A DNA stretch of 64,000 nucleotides from Octopus vulgaris (Eukaryota): positions 49,352,001-49,416,000 of the forward strand of contig OX597821.1 in assembly GCA_951406725.2 (NCBI GenBank), given 5' to 3'. Numbering within the stretch: the first letter of the stretch is position 1; the number at the start of each line of letters is the position of its first letter. The translations under genes were made by a program, and so were the position numbers. Below, in pieces: positions 50,539 through 63,951 of this stretch. Below the pieces are notes generated by a model that worked only from the letters and a program-made list of their open reading frames with translations, had not been told where the DNA came from and did no database searches.

Positions 50539-51109
50539 TATTTTATTGGATCTATAGATGATCATGGTCTCACGTAGTGAAACCATCTAATGACGACTCC
50601 ATTCAGAAAGCTGGAATAGATGTCATTCGAAGAAGGAACACTGTACAATGAATTCATAGAACCAACCTGTAGCTTTTAAATGCTTTTACTCCACGTCACA
50701 AATATATACAAGTTGAATAATCATGGAAGGTGTTTACAAGTGAAGGCCATGTTCAGCTTCTGTGTATTCTACGTCATAGCTGTTCAATGTCTGTTAGCTG
50801 TTGTGTGTGTTATGCAAGACCTATTGAAGTCACATCCTCACACACTGCTGTCATGATGACAAAGAGAAAGGACTGTGTGCTGGAACCTTAGAGTTACATG
50901 TTGTACCACCAAGTGGCAAGCTATTTAGGAGAGATAACTGTGCCTACAAATCCATTTATATGAATCATGTCTATTACACTGGACAGATGCAGTGTTGCCA
51001 GAAGAAAATTTTTTGTCATAACAAGGAACACGTTTTTTATATAATTTTACTTATGTCTAATGAGTCCTCATTACCCACAAGAATTTCATTTTTACCCCAC
51101 TTGAGGTAA

Positions 51110-52142
51110 TTTACCCTGGTTCGCTGACCCCTGCTATATGCTATAGATTTTTCTTGCAATCAAACCTAGACACAATGCAGCAATGGATTACTGACTGGCA
51201 TCTCAAGCTCGCTGTGGATAAGTGCACCATCATGTATTTTGGGAGGAAAAACCCAGCTTTTACATATTCTTTCAACAACACCGTTAAGAAGGGCATCCAG
51301 CTGTAGAAACGCTGCCAAATCAAGACTGGAGCCTGGTGCAGTCATCTGGTTCGCCAGCCCTCAGTCAAAATCGTCCAACCCATGCTAGCATGGAAAGCGG
51401 ATGTTAAACGATGAGGAGGAGGAGGAGGAGGAGGATGAACACCAATCTTAAGAAATCTGATAGGGAACATGACCTGGGCATTATTGTCAACAGTGATCTG
51501 AGTTGGACAAATCACATCTTTAAAATTGACAAGAAGGCTGAGAGTGTCTTAGCAACACTGAGTAATACTTTTGTCATCTGCTCTCCAGCTATCTATTTAA
51601 AACTGTATATGACAATGGTATGTCCACATTTAGAATTTGCATCATCTGTCTGGAACCCCTATCTTGCTCAGCATATCAGTCTCCCAGAAACTGTTCAGAA
51701 ACATGCAACCAAGCAAGTACCTGCTGTCAGGTATCTACCATACTCTGAATATCTTGCTTCCCTGAGCATGGACACATTGCTAGACACCCACAAAATTATC
51801 CACCATCTTTCCAACAGCAACCTTGGGCACCTTTTTGAATTTCATATGTCTAACACTTATAGACATGCTTACAAAATCAAAATATAACACAGCTCCCGTA
51901 ACTTTCAGAAACATTTTTTCACGCTCAGAATTAACTACCCACGTCAATGGTTGGTTATCAGGAACTGCATCCTTCAAAACTTCTATGCTTCCTTGAAATC
52001 TGCCAACAGTACACCTGATGTACCCCAACCCTCTTTTTTTTAACATCTTGTTCTATTCTATGTACTGTTCATGCAGTTTTGGTTACTTTTTCTTATGAGT
52101 TGTAGTGCACCTAAGCACTGTATACAACAATTTTCATTATTA
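51110..52142 (+). mobile_element. CR1-like LINE 3' portion, interrupted by RTE 3' end (51282-51436)
   Basis: EHDLGIIV.SDL.W..HI, LY.TMV.PHLEFASSVWNPY, ETVQK.ATK. The nested insert is flanked by aacacc on both sides. Confidence 0.85.
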
Positions 52143-52842
52143 TAAAAAACACATTCTCATCCTTGTTCTATTTTTGTCTCCTGTCATGAATATAGGTACC
52201 ACCCCATTTCCTCAAACCAATGAAAGGGGGTTGTAAAGTTATGCAATAAGCTAAGAGAAAGAGAGAGAATGGATAGCTGTAAGGCCATGACTTGTGTGAT
52301 AATATTGTTTGCTGGTAATATTGTGTAATAATATTGTGTTATCCTTGAAAGCAGTGAACTGGCCAAATTGTCGGAGAATATTTTACAATATTTTTGCGGG
52401 CTATTTATATTTTGAGTTCCAATCCTGCCAAGGTCAACTTTGCTTTTCATCTTTCAGGGTCAATAAAATAAACTATCAAGTACTGGAGCTTATGATACTA
52501 ACCCACTCCCTGAAGAATGCTGGCCTTGTGCTAAAATTTGAAGCAATTTTATGTTTGCCTGGTAGTTCTATAAATGCAAACCAAATTATTGAGATGTTAC
52601 TCAGAGTACTTGTCCCGCATTTCTTGAGTAAACTTCCTTCATTATTAACGCTTCTATGTTGAATAAAACTGAGTCTCCTTGTTTTCTTTTCTCAATTCTT
52701 CTCAGTAAAAACAGCTTCTAGAATGTTTTAGGTAAGGATTAGGTAATAATTCACTGAAAGATAACCAATTTTTACCAAATCCAAAATTTTCAAGTAGTTA
52801 AACTTTAAATTATAATACTAATTTTGTTTTTTAATTATGCAG

Positions 52843-52962
52843 ATGTGGGACCTTGAAACACTGGAATGTATTCGAATGCTTGAAACTTCTGGTGGAAGTG
52901 TGTACAGTATAGCAGTGACAGACCACCATATTTTATGTGGTACTTATGAAAACTGTATTCAT
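52843..52962 (+). CDS. TRAF7: TRAF7 exon: [40 protein letters not shown]
   Basis: atgcag acceptor, cat|gtaggt donor. [12 protein letters not shown] and CGTYEN motifs. Not in the ORF track. Confidence 0.97.
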
Positions 52963-53491
52963 GTAGGTTGAAGTTTTGCTTGTTTCTCAAAAATTTCACT
53001 AGAAATGAATTGATTTGAAAAGAAAGATAGATTTAAACATCCAGAAATAAATTATTTTATTCATTCTACAAGAATTACAGGTTGAATTAACCTTGGTAGC
53101 ATTTGAGCTGAGAAAAACTTTAGTGATAGTGACAGGAGATCATAATGACTACATATTTTATGTGATTGAAGAAAATAAAGGGGCTGTCTTCACTTATAAA
53201 CTATATAAACAGTTTATTGTATTTGGTGTTAAAGCTCAAATATTTCAAGATTCAACTGTGATCAAATATTTCATTATTTCAATTCACTTATATTGAGAAA
53301 AGTATGAACATCACACAACTCCATGAGCCTTCCGTTATAAATTTAAGGTAGTGTGATGTTTTATTCACTACAGCATTATATATTACAACATTGTATTGTC
53401 AAACCATAGATGTTAATTGAACTGCCATTGGTTTTAACTTTTTCTCTTTTAGAGTTTTTTAAATTAAGTTTTATGAAGGAAAAATCAGTTA

Positions 53492-53898
53492 CAGTAAACA
53501 CCCTCTTATCTGGTTCTCAAATAAGTACAACTTTCAAAGCAACTGGCACCCAGAAAAAAAGTAAAAGAAAATTGTTAAGATAATTTGTGTTAATTCATTA
53601 ATTGTCATTAAAAGAAAGCTTCTTGTGTTCTAAAGTAGATCATTGCTTCTCAGTACAGTATTTCATTACATAAATAAAACTTGTTCTTTACTAAAATTAT
53701 TCTTTTATTTCTTCCTATTTCTTTTAATTATACTATATTCAGAATATTAATAGTAATATATATATAGAGAGAGAGAGCAAATTTTAAAGGGTCTGAAGGT
53801 ACTGTGATAATTTTAAAAGTGATGATCAGATATCCATAAAATTCAGTTATCCAACAACCCTTCAGTGCTCATGGTGCTGGAAAGGAGGAAGTTTACTG
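53492..53898. mobile_element. Tc1/pogo-type MITE
   Basis: TA|CAGTAAAC ... GTTTACTG|TA; ends 70 nt upstream of a TRAF7 exon. Confidence 0.65.
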
Positions 53899-53968
53899 TA
53901 ACTATATTCTCATTTTCTCTTAAATTTGTTATGTGTCTAATCATAAAGAATCTTCTTATTTTCCTTAG

Positions 53969-54100
53969 GTGTGGGAATTAGGGACCTACAACCAGGTCAC
54001 TACTCTTATGGGACACTCAGGCACTGTATATGCATTGGCAGTCTTACACACTAACCCCGGTACAAAAGTTTTCAGTGCATCCTATGATCGTTCATTACGG
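53969..54100 (+). CDS. TRAF7: TRAF7 exon: [44 protein letters not shown]
   Basis: ccttag acceptor, cgg|gtatgt donor. [13 protein letters not shown] motif. Confidence 0.97.
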
Positions 54101-54964
54101 GTATGTAACCACTTTTGTTACAACTTATCATTAATGTGTAGTGTAGAGTGGTGGAAACAGTATCATGACCTTCTCATGGGGATTGTTAAGAAGGTGGGAT
54201 GGTGGGGATGATATATAGAGTGAGTTGGTGTGGTGGGGACGATGCAATGTAAACAGTATGTAGGGTGTTGTGGTAGTGGTCCAGTCATGTTTTATCAATG
54301 TTGTGAAAAAAAAACCATCTGTTTCATTCTATCATGTGGCAGATCAGCCTGCAATACCACATTTCATCATGTATCATTACTTCCCTTGAGATTCTGTGGC
54401 ACTTTGTCACCCAACATTCACTGCCCATTTGCAGCACATCGTCATTCCAGTGATAGTCACCTATACTGCATCATTTAATATCTAGTTGTTCTCTTAGTTC
54501 CCTTCTTAAAAAAAACAAAAAAAAAACTATACAAATACATTGAAGGGGAGATTATCTATTGTCTGCTGTATGAAATATGCTTGTTTCAGTAATCACACCC
54601 ATATCTAAATGAATGATACATGTTAAGGGAGAAAGTTTCCTAATCTTTGTGATAGAAATATGACAAAGTTGAAAAATGTTAGTCTTCATTGTTGTAAGAT
54701 GAGAAATGAATTGGTTGATTCATCTAACATGGAACAGATGAACAAACTTAAAAATTAATCATGAAGGAAAATGGGTGAAAAATACCATAATTTGAACACA
54801 ATGGAGTGTAGACATTGCTTAGATAGCCTCAAAGAATACATTAGAAGTTGCAAGTCTGGTTAGGTCTGAGAACACTGAGCTTCATGGAATTAAGACAGGT
54901 AAAACAATTGCAGATGCAATGCCAACCTGAAAATATAATGATTTTAATACAAGAGGTTAATGGT

Positions 54965-55457
54965 TATATAATGAAATTATTGTATACAGTGCTCAGGTGC
55001 ACCACAACTTGTCAGAAAGTGCATATAAAGTACATGCAGTAATGTAGAAATGTCTGGAAAGTGAACATGCTTGTGTGTGTATGGAGGGGAGAAAATCAAG
55101 TGTAGTGTTGGCGAATCTCAGGAAGCATGGAAGTCTTGAAGGATGCAGTGCTCCGACAACTAACAACCGGTGCCGGCAGTTTGTTGCACGCCTCAGCAAC
55201 TCTCAGCGTGAAAAAATGTTTCCTGAAGTCATGGGAGCTGTGCTGTTTTCTGACTTTGTAAACATGTCCACAGGTGTTAGACGGGTGGAGTTTGAAGAGG
55301 TGCTCAGAGTTATTGTTTGTGCGATGGTTGATAATTTTATGGGTGTCTGCCAGGTCAGCTGCCAGACGTCGGAGTTTCAATGTGTCCATGCCCAGTGGAA
55401 GTAAGGCGTTCAGGATATGGCAAATGCCTGATGGAGGGTATTCTTTTGGTTGCACGT
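54965..55457 (-). mobile_element. CR1-like LINE 3' end (same family as 51110-52142)
   Basis: TLKLRRLAADL..THKII, GHVYKV, RKHFFTLRV...N.LP; shared 3' UTR gttgtggtgcacctgagcactgtatacaataatttcattat. Confidence 0.88.
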
Positions 55458-55509
55458 CGCTGAACGATGATGATGATGACAGTGACTCTATTAGATAGTT
55501 AATATGTAA

Positions 55510-55695
<186 letters not shown>

Positions 55696-56225
55696 TAACA
55701 AACAATGCTATGGTCCCCCCCCCCCCCCCAGCTATCGCTTCAACAAAGTCTCAGATTCTGGAGTTTGAGAGAGGAAAAAAATCTTCATGTTGGATGGAGT
55801 AGTGAATGACTGAATCTAAATTTCTCAAAAAGTGTCTGTCTGCCACTAGATAGACACACTGAATCACCTGAAATTATCTTGTTGAGAGATACACTGGAGC
55901 ATCTTCAGAAGTCATTAGTCAACTCATGTAATTCAGCAATCATACTGACTGAAGTCATCTTAACCAAAGGAAGATAACAGTTGCCACACTGTCATCAAAA
56001 GTTGTCCTTTCTCAATATTCACTTGAAATGATGATTTAAAGCACAAAGCCAACCAACCACTATCATAAATTTTGTTATTTTCTAAAATATGAGATAAAAC
56101 TAATCTAATATCACATGTATTTCTACTATTTACACCAGCTTTAGTAATATAAGACATTCCATTCATAATATATTACCTTGACTCTGTAGCTCACAATTTT
56201 TTTTTTTACTTTATTTTTAACTTTA

Positions 56226-56390
56226 TTGCTCCCTAATCGAAACTTGATTTGTTCTTTGCCATAGCTCCATATTGCTTATGTGCTCGGGTCATCTAATTTT
56301 AAGTATACTACGCAAGCATCTGTTGATGAATGATTGTATTTGCTTATTTGACTTAACTGTTGTTCGCCATGTCTCAGCCCCATACAATAA
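56226..56390 (-). repeat. 165-bp duplicate of internal RTE segment 56929-57093
   Basis: Direct comparison, about 5 mismatches. Confidence 0.92.
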
Positions 56391-56656
56391 CACTAAGAAA
56401 GTTAAATGAATAAATGAAAAATTAGTCACACTTTACTTCCATATTAAGAAATATAACTATTTTAAAGTTGTGCTGTGTCGCACTTTTTGACAGTCATTGC
56501 CTTTTGTCACATATTAACATGAAGACTTTAGAGCTAGTACAGTATATTAGGTTTGTATTTTTGCTGTTTAGATTATTAAATAAGATACAGTGACTGTGGC
56601 GTTATGACTGTAATCACAATGTCTTAAGTTCAAACATGCTACCGACAGTATGTTGT

Positions 56657-59600
56657 TTTCTTTTTTCGTTATGCCTTTAACCCTCCAACGCAGAGTATAG
56701 GCCACTTATAATTGAATTCCATGTCACATAATTTTTCACTTCTGTACTTATACTCTGCCGTGAATGTCTCCCTTTCTCTAGTTCCTTTTGTGTTGATCTC
56801 TGCCACGAGTTCTTAGGCCTACCTTTCTTCCTATATCCATCCAGTTTCCACTGTAAAGCACTTTTCGTTACATTTGGTGTGTCTTTTCTAATTGAGCTAC
56901 CAATCCACTTCCACTTTTTCTTAAATATTTGCTCCCTAATCGAAACTTGATTTGTTCTTTGCCATAGCTCCATATTGCTTATGTGTTCGGGTCATCTAAT
57001 TTTAAGTATACTATGCAAGCGTCTGTTGATGAATGATTGTATTTGCTTGTTTGACTTAACTGTTGTTCGCCATGTCTCAGTCCCATACAATAAAACCGCT
57101 TTTACGTTAGTGATAAAAATTTTTATTTTGTTCTTTATTGAAATTACACTTGTGCTCCATACTTTTTTTTAACAGGTGAAAAGCGGTCCTTGCCTTACTT
57201 ATTCTCATCTTAATATCTTCGTCGGTGCCATCTGAAAACGTTATCTTACTACCTAAATACGTAAACTCGGCTACATCCTCTAGTTCACCGGTTTCTAGTT
57301 TAATACGTTCGCTGTTTTCTTCATTAATGCGCATAATTTTTGATTTGTCGCGGTTGACTTTCAATCCTAGTTTGGCAGCCATTGCTTCTAATTTTGACGT
57401 TATATTTTGCATTTGGCTATATGTTTGTGAAAGTAGCGCTATATTATCTGCAAAGTCGAGATCTTCTAGAGCTTCTGCATCCGTTCATTCAATGCCTGTT
57501 TGCTTTCAATCGTAGTTTCCTTCATAATCCAATCTATTACTAGTAGAAACAAAAAGGGAGAAAGTATACAGCCCTGTCGAACTCTGTTTTTTACTTCGAA
57601 TTTATCCGTAGCTCCGTTTCCATGCAAGACTCGGCATGACATTCCTTGGTAAGTTGCTCTTATTATAGGTATGTACTTGTTTGGTATGCCGTAGTGCTGC
57701 ATAATTTTCCATAAGCCTTCCCTATCTACACTATTAAATGCTTTTTCGAAATCAATAAAGTTAATATAAAGCGGTGCATTCCACTCTGCGCTTTGCTCTA
57801 CGATGATGCGAAGAGTGACGATTTGATCTACACATAAACAGTTCTTCCTAAATCCGGCTTGTTCTTTACACAACAATTTGTCAACTTCTGTCCTCATCCG
57901 CTCTAAAAGTATCCTGTTAAAATCTTTTCCGGGAGTCGATAATAGCATAATCCCTCTATAATTTCCGCAAACGCTTAAATCACCTTTTTTTGGCAATTTT
58001 ACGATGAGTCCCTCTTTCCAATCATTAGGCACATTTTCTTCCTGCCATATCTTAGAAAATAATGGATGAAACATTTCTACCGCTATTTCTCTAGCTGATT
58101 TCATTGCTTCAGCTGGAATGTTGTCTACACCTCCCGCTTTCCCATTCTTGAGGGATTTATATAGCCTTTCTTATTTCAAACTTGGACGGTGGGTCAAGGC
58201 TGATATTAAGATCCAAATTTCTTGGCACAATGTTGGATATTGTGTCTGGAGGTAGTCTATTGAGCAAATCTTCAAAATGCTCCTTCCATCGATTTTTTTG
58301 TTCTAGGATTGATGTTAGCATCTGGCCATCCTTCCCTTTTACTGCCTTTTCTACTCTTAATCTCTTCTCGGATAGTAATTTAGTTGTGTTGTACAGCGCT
58401 TTCATGTTCTGGCGCTGAGCTCCACTTTCTGCTGTTGTTGCTAAATTTTCAAAATATTTTCGCTTGTCTCTTCTTTATTGTTTTTTAACTTTCTTATTTT
58501 GTTGGTTGTAATTTCCCTGACATCTATTTATCTCTACTTCTAAGCTTGCCGATAGTAATTTTTCCTTTAGTTTCTTTCTTACTTCTATAGCTGTTAGTGT
58601 CTCTTGTGATATCCACGTCTTATTCTTTTTGTTTACACACCCTATGCAGAAATAAAAGCATCCTTAATTTTCGACCAAGTATGTTCTCTTGTGTTGCCTT
58701 GCATCCTTTTCATTTGCATTGATTTGCATAATAATGCTTTTCTGTATTTTATTTTGGGTGTCTTTGTTTTTTAGTAAATTAAGTTGAATGGGCTAATCAC
58801 CCGTGCATTGGATTTTCAAATTGATTACGGAAACACTGATAGTTGATAAAACTTGTATTAATTTACCAACTGAAGGTTTCCAGAGTCAAAGGTTTTTTAT
58901 ACCGCCGAATAGTCAAAGCCCTCGGGAAGCTAGTTGGCCAATACTACTTTCGAGAAAGAATTCCACGAGGTTTGGTGTGTAGAATGTTCGAACAATGTTT
59001 ACTGCTGGAAAGTGTGCAAATATTGGCAAAGAAATGGACAATTACAAATTGGACATTTTGGGTTTGTGTGAAACTAGGTGGATTGATAATGGACAAACTA
59101 AGCTAGCTTCAGGAAAAACAATTATATACTCAGGGCACAAAGCTGACAAGGTGTGTCACACAAGGGGAGTAGCACTGATGCTGACTAAGAAAGCGGTAAA
59201 AGCATTTATAGAATGGCTACCCATAAACGATAGATTAATACTAGCAAAGTCTAGAACGTCTCATAAGCGGATTTTCCTAATAATTGTTATGTGCTATGCC
59301 CCAACAAATGATGTTGATGAATTAGCAAAAGTCAAATTTTATGATATTCTGCAGAGCATAATTGAAAAACGAACTGAGAAAGAGTTGATAATGGTTATGG
59401 GTGATTTCAACGCAAATGTTGGAAACATCAATTTAGGATTTGAAGCCATTATGGGAAAACATGGTTCAGGAAGCATGAATGTTAATGGCCAGTTATTTGC
59501 TGATTTTTGCGCAAATAACCAGTTGGTCATTGGAGGAACTTTATTTCCGCACAAAGACCTTCACAAAGCCACATGGGTATCGCCAGATCTGAAAATGCAA

Positions 59601-59785
59601 AATCAGATCAATCACATCTGTGTAAGCTACAAGTTCAGGAGATCACTGTTAGATGTTAGGGAAAAAAGAGGGGCTGATACAGTCTCTGACCACCACCTAC
59701 TATTTGGCAAACTATGACTGAAGTTAAGAGCTTTAAAAGAGAAATGTAAGGTTAAACGAAAATTCAATGTTGATTTACTAAAAAC
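56657..59785 (-). mobile_element. RTE-clade LINE (second family) with inverted 5' portion and 11-bp TSD
   Basis: RT on minus 56657-58790 (WKEGLIVKLPKKGDL, QAGFR, FIDFEKAF, VRQGCILSP, DLDFADN). APE on plus 58800-59785 (LGLCETRW, CYAPTN, MGDFNA, TWVSPD, SDHHL). CAGTATGTTGT at 56646-56656 and 59786-59796. Confidence 0.92.
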
Positions 59786-60092
59786 CAGTATGTTGTACTT
59801 AAATGAAATACTTTACCCAACTTGTCCCTATTTTGCTTAACTGAAACAAAATATATTCTCCCAAATCTCCTTAAATATAATAACTATAAAAGTATTGGCT
59901 TCAGCAACCATAAAACTTCCTTGCTAAAACATATTTAAAACAATAAATTAAAGGTAAGCAAAAACAAAGAACTCAATTGCTGAAGTTTATTTGTATTGGC
60001 AACAATAAGCTAAGTAACATCCTGTTGAGAGGAATTAATGCAAGAAACATTCTAAATTCAACAGGAAGATTATCTGGTAATGTTATGTTTAA

Positions 60093-60299
60093 CCCTTTTG
60101 AAACCATCTTTGGTTCAATGATGCAAACTTCCTGTTTTAAAGTAAACTAAATCAAAATTTTCCATCAAAATTTTATGCTAATTCCTGTTCCAAATACCAT
60201 CTTAATAATGACAGTTATTTTCCTAAATTTATTTTTTATTTTTCAAAATCATTTGACAAAACGGCAATGTATTTCAACCAAAATGTGGTAACAAAAGGG
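60093..60299. mobile_element. piggyBac-type MITE
   Basis: TTAA|CCCTTTTG ... CAAAAGGG|TTAA. Confidence 0.75.
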
Positions 60300-61245
60300 T
60301 TAAATGACATTTTATAAATAATGCAGTAAGCACATAGAAATAAGAAATTCCCAGTCGATTATGTTAATGTTGTTTTATTTACTTTATGCTGTTAGAAGTA
60401 GAGGCACCTTTCTGCTATATTACCTTCATCTCAGTCTTACAAAACTACATGAACAATAACATCTAAATTTAATCCCAAATATGTCAGTTAAATATAAGTA
60501 GTGTGTGTGTTATATGGTAATTGTTTCTAACAGAGGCACAAGGCTGAACAATGAAAGGCAAAGTTGACCTCTGCAGGATTTGAACTTAGAATGTAGACAG
60601 CTGGATCAAATACTACATGGTATTTTGTCTGATATTCTAACAATTCTGCCATTGTAAATCCAAGAGAGTTAACCATATTGGTTTGGACCCTATCTAGGTG
60701 GAAAATACATCATCTCCTAAAAGTGAAGTGTCACTATATTAGGGAAAAACATGAAATTGAATTGATAAGGGTAAGCCTGCAAATGCTAAAGGCACCACAG
60801 ACAACAGGTATGAAAAGAATGGTTATTTGCTGTACTACTGACCAATCTAAACTATAGCAACTTGAAAAATAATCTATTATCAACAGCATTCCATCCATGA
60901 CCATTCTGTAATGACCATTACATAATCTACTGTGTCCTTCTTTTAAGTTGTTGATAGGATGTGATTTGTGGTAAATTTGCTTGATATTTCTATTGGGCTG
61001 AGTGACCATACAGAAGTTCCCTTGATGGTTAGGGATGGAGATGACAGTGGTAAGCTGTGGTGATGATGATGATACAATGATAATTGCATTCAACCCTTAT
61101 TTCTAGAACTATTTGATTTCATAGCTCCCTACCGCCTTTTTATGATCCCTCCTTAAATGTGTCCATCATTGTTTCAACATGCTTTTTGAAGAAATGTTGT
61201 TTCCTTTCAAATGACCATTCTTTCACATGTTATTTTATTCTTCAG

Positions 61246-61257
61246 GTTTGGCAATAA
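61246..61257 (+). CDS. TRAF7: TRAF7 terminal coding exon: VWQ-stop
   Basis: tattttattcttcag acceptor then gtt tgg caa taa. Vertebrate TRAF7 ends STVK|VWTC-stop. Confidence 0.88.
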   Translation, partial: VWQ

Positions 61258-63951
61258 AAATGACCATCAGATGCTGAACTTGTAGATGCCTTTATCTGTT
61301 TGACCCCACCACGAGCAGAAACTGTCCTTGGACTAAGCTGATGATCAGCCAGTTACAGCAAGTCTTCTCACTACCACCTTCTTCACCACCACCATCTTTC
61401 ACTTACACACACACACACACTCGTTGATAAATGAATCTCTCTCCCACTTTTTTCTTCACTTATCCCTCTTTATCTATTTTCCTTTTCCTCCATTTATATC
61501 CTTGTCTCTCTCTCTCTCTCTCTCTCTTTCATAATTCCTTTTCTCCTTTTTTCTAATGCATATTCTGTTCTCTTTAACCACTCCCATCTTATCATTTGCT
61601 CTTTTACCATATTTGTTTTCTCCTCATTCATCTCTCCCTCTCTCTCTCTCTTTTTTTTTTCTTCTTTTCTTCAATTTATTTCCACTTGTTTCTCTTCTAA
61701 CCTTACAAAAGTAGGGTTAGAAGAGAAACTCACTAACAAGTAGTCCACTCTAAAGTAATGGTCGTTATATCCTAATTAGTGCTTCTCTTTAACATCCACT
61801 CATATCACAAGTCTATGATATTGAGCATTTCACACACTTACACACAGCCAAAACAATACTTCTTCCCTACTCTATTGCGTATCCTGTCAAAAGATTATAT
61901 AATGTCAAATTTCTAGAACACCAAGATTATACCAGCTAAATAGGATATAAAATTACACCCATATACACATGTATATGCAGTGGTTTCTTGGTCGGCTGGT
62001 CAGTCAGTTGGTTGGAAGTTTCCAGATGGAATGAGGTGGATAAATCCAAGTGGTGTGGTTGCTAATCAGAAATTTGGTTGGTTGGTTGAGATAGTTATAT
62101 ACTATTCAACAATAGTATGGTGACCCTTTTTAGTTTTGTTTTTTTTTATATTGATTATTATTGTTGATAACACAATGTCAATGACTGACAGGTTAGTACC
62201 ATAGATTGGATGGTCAAGCCAAGGAGAATTTTGGTTTACTGTACGAAAACAATGAAAAGAAATCCCCATTACTAACTGTGTTATGGCCTGAAGTTTGATT
62301 TACATATTTTTAATTTCAATTAATTATTCATGAGTTTTATGGTCATTCAAGTGATAACAATGTTTTGTCATGGACATGATATCTGGTTGACCTCTTATAA
62401 CACTGCTAAACAAACAACAGTAGTCTGACCAGATTTAATTATATTTAAGAATGGAAACAATAATCTAACTAAACATTTTCAGTGAAAACTTTCTTGGAAT
62501 GTTCCAGTTTTTTTTTATCTAAAAGCCATAATATTTAATATACACACCTTTACATGCAAATATTTATGCTTACTCACACATATATAGGTACAGACATATC
62601 TACACACCACACAAATAAATGTGCCTCTGTATGTGTGTGTGTGTGTGTGTGTGTGTGCATGCGTGCGCGCATGTGTGTTTGTGTGTGTGTGTATGTATGT
62701 ATGTATATATATACACACACACATTTTGAATTTGTCTTTGGCATATTTTAAAACCCAAAATATTTTCTATAATACAATATTTCAATTTTTATTTTCCAGC
62801 TATCACCTTAAAATGCCTTGTTGTTTTTATTTATTTTAAGACTGCAGTTTACTAAACTACATTTTACGGTTTTAAACTAAAATAATTTAAGCATTTCTAA
62901 AACGGAATGCTTAATAGGTAGGTTTTTATAGTCTTATCCACTATTAGTGAGAAGGTTTTTATCTAAATTGTCCAGCTTTTAAAGTCTTGAACACAGGACA
63001 ACTAGAACTGACTTCTACTAAAGGAAAACAATGATCTACAGCTTTCATTTTATTTCATTGAAATTAGCCAGAGTATAGCTTTTATAAAACTTAATCCTTT
63101 ATTTCACAGCAAACTGTAGTAAAGTGAATATGGCTGGCATTTCTTAGATCACTTTGTAATCTTCTAAAATGATCAGAAACTAAATGGTTCTTCAAGACTG
63201 CTGTCATAAAGGTTTTAAACATATGTTTCAAAGATCCCACAGAAATATTATTATGTATTAACATACCAAAACATATGGTCTGATGTTGAAAAGTCAGCCC
63301 TTTTATTTTTATCTCACATCCTCCCATTCTGTTTGTTTTGATACCACTGTTCCTGTGGTTAAAGAAATGATGTGCATAATAAGTGTGGGGGGAGGGGCTT
63401 TAGGCCCCTTGAGAATATAGTTGTTTGCTCAACTGTTATAACAACGATATATTTAACCAGTGTTGTTTTCTAGAACACACATTGTTATTTCTAATCAAAA
63501 CTCTTCCAGTTTGTACAGTAGACACTAATCCTTTGTTATCCTTTTCAAAGTCTATCAAATACTTCTCAGAAGATGAAAAAAAAAATTGAGATGTTTAAAA
63601 TGATTTAAACGATAGATACATACAACAAATTTTTGCCAAATACTTTTTTCATATATTTGAAAAATATGATAGCAACTTGATATTTTTGTTTACAACTGTC
63701 GTTATTGTTGTGTACTGTGAGCTCTGACATTTTGTAAGTCAGGGGAAATTTACATACAATCTTCTATTTTTAAAATGTTTTAATACTATCCAGATATTTC
63801 ACAAAAGAATAATTTTTAATACCTTTATATATTACTGAATATAATTAACTGTCATAATATCTTTGCTGCTAATTAAGGTTTCCAAGCTGATTATTACTGC
63901 CGGTTTCAAATTTTCCTATAAACCTCTGTAATTAAACAAATATGAAATAAA
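61258..63951 (+). other. Probable TRAF7 3' UTR (end uncertain)
   Basis: Follows the stop codon, AT-rich, no recognisable LINE or SINE in contrast to the introns. AATAAA at 63946-63951 is one candidate signal. Confidence 0.5.
61688..61729 (+). promoter_or_regulatory. 19-bp stem, 4-nt loop hairpin in probable 3' UTR
   Basis: gtttctcttctaaccttac-aaaa-gtagggttagaagagaaac, one U-G pair. Function unknown. Confidence 0.5.

Noticed and set aside
62515-62839. ORFs in the 3' region
   Set aside because: Translations of (GT)n/(CA)n microsatellites.
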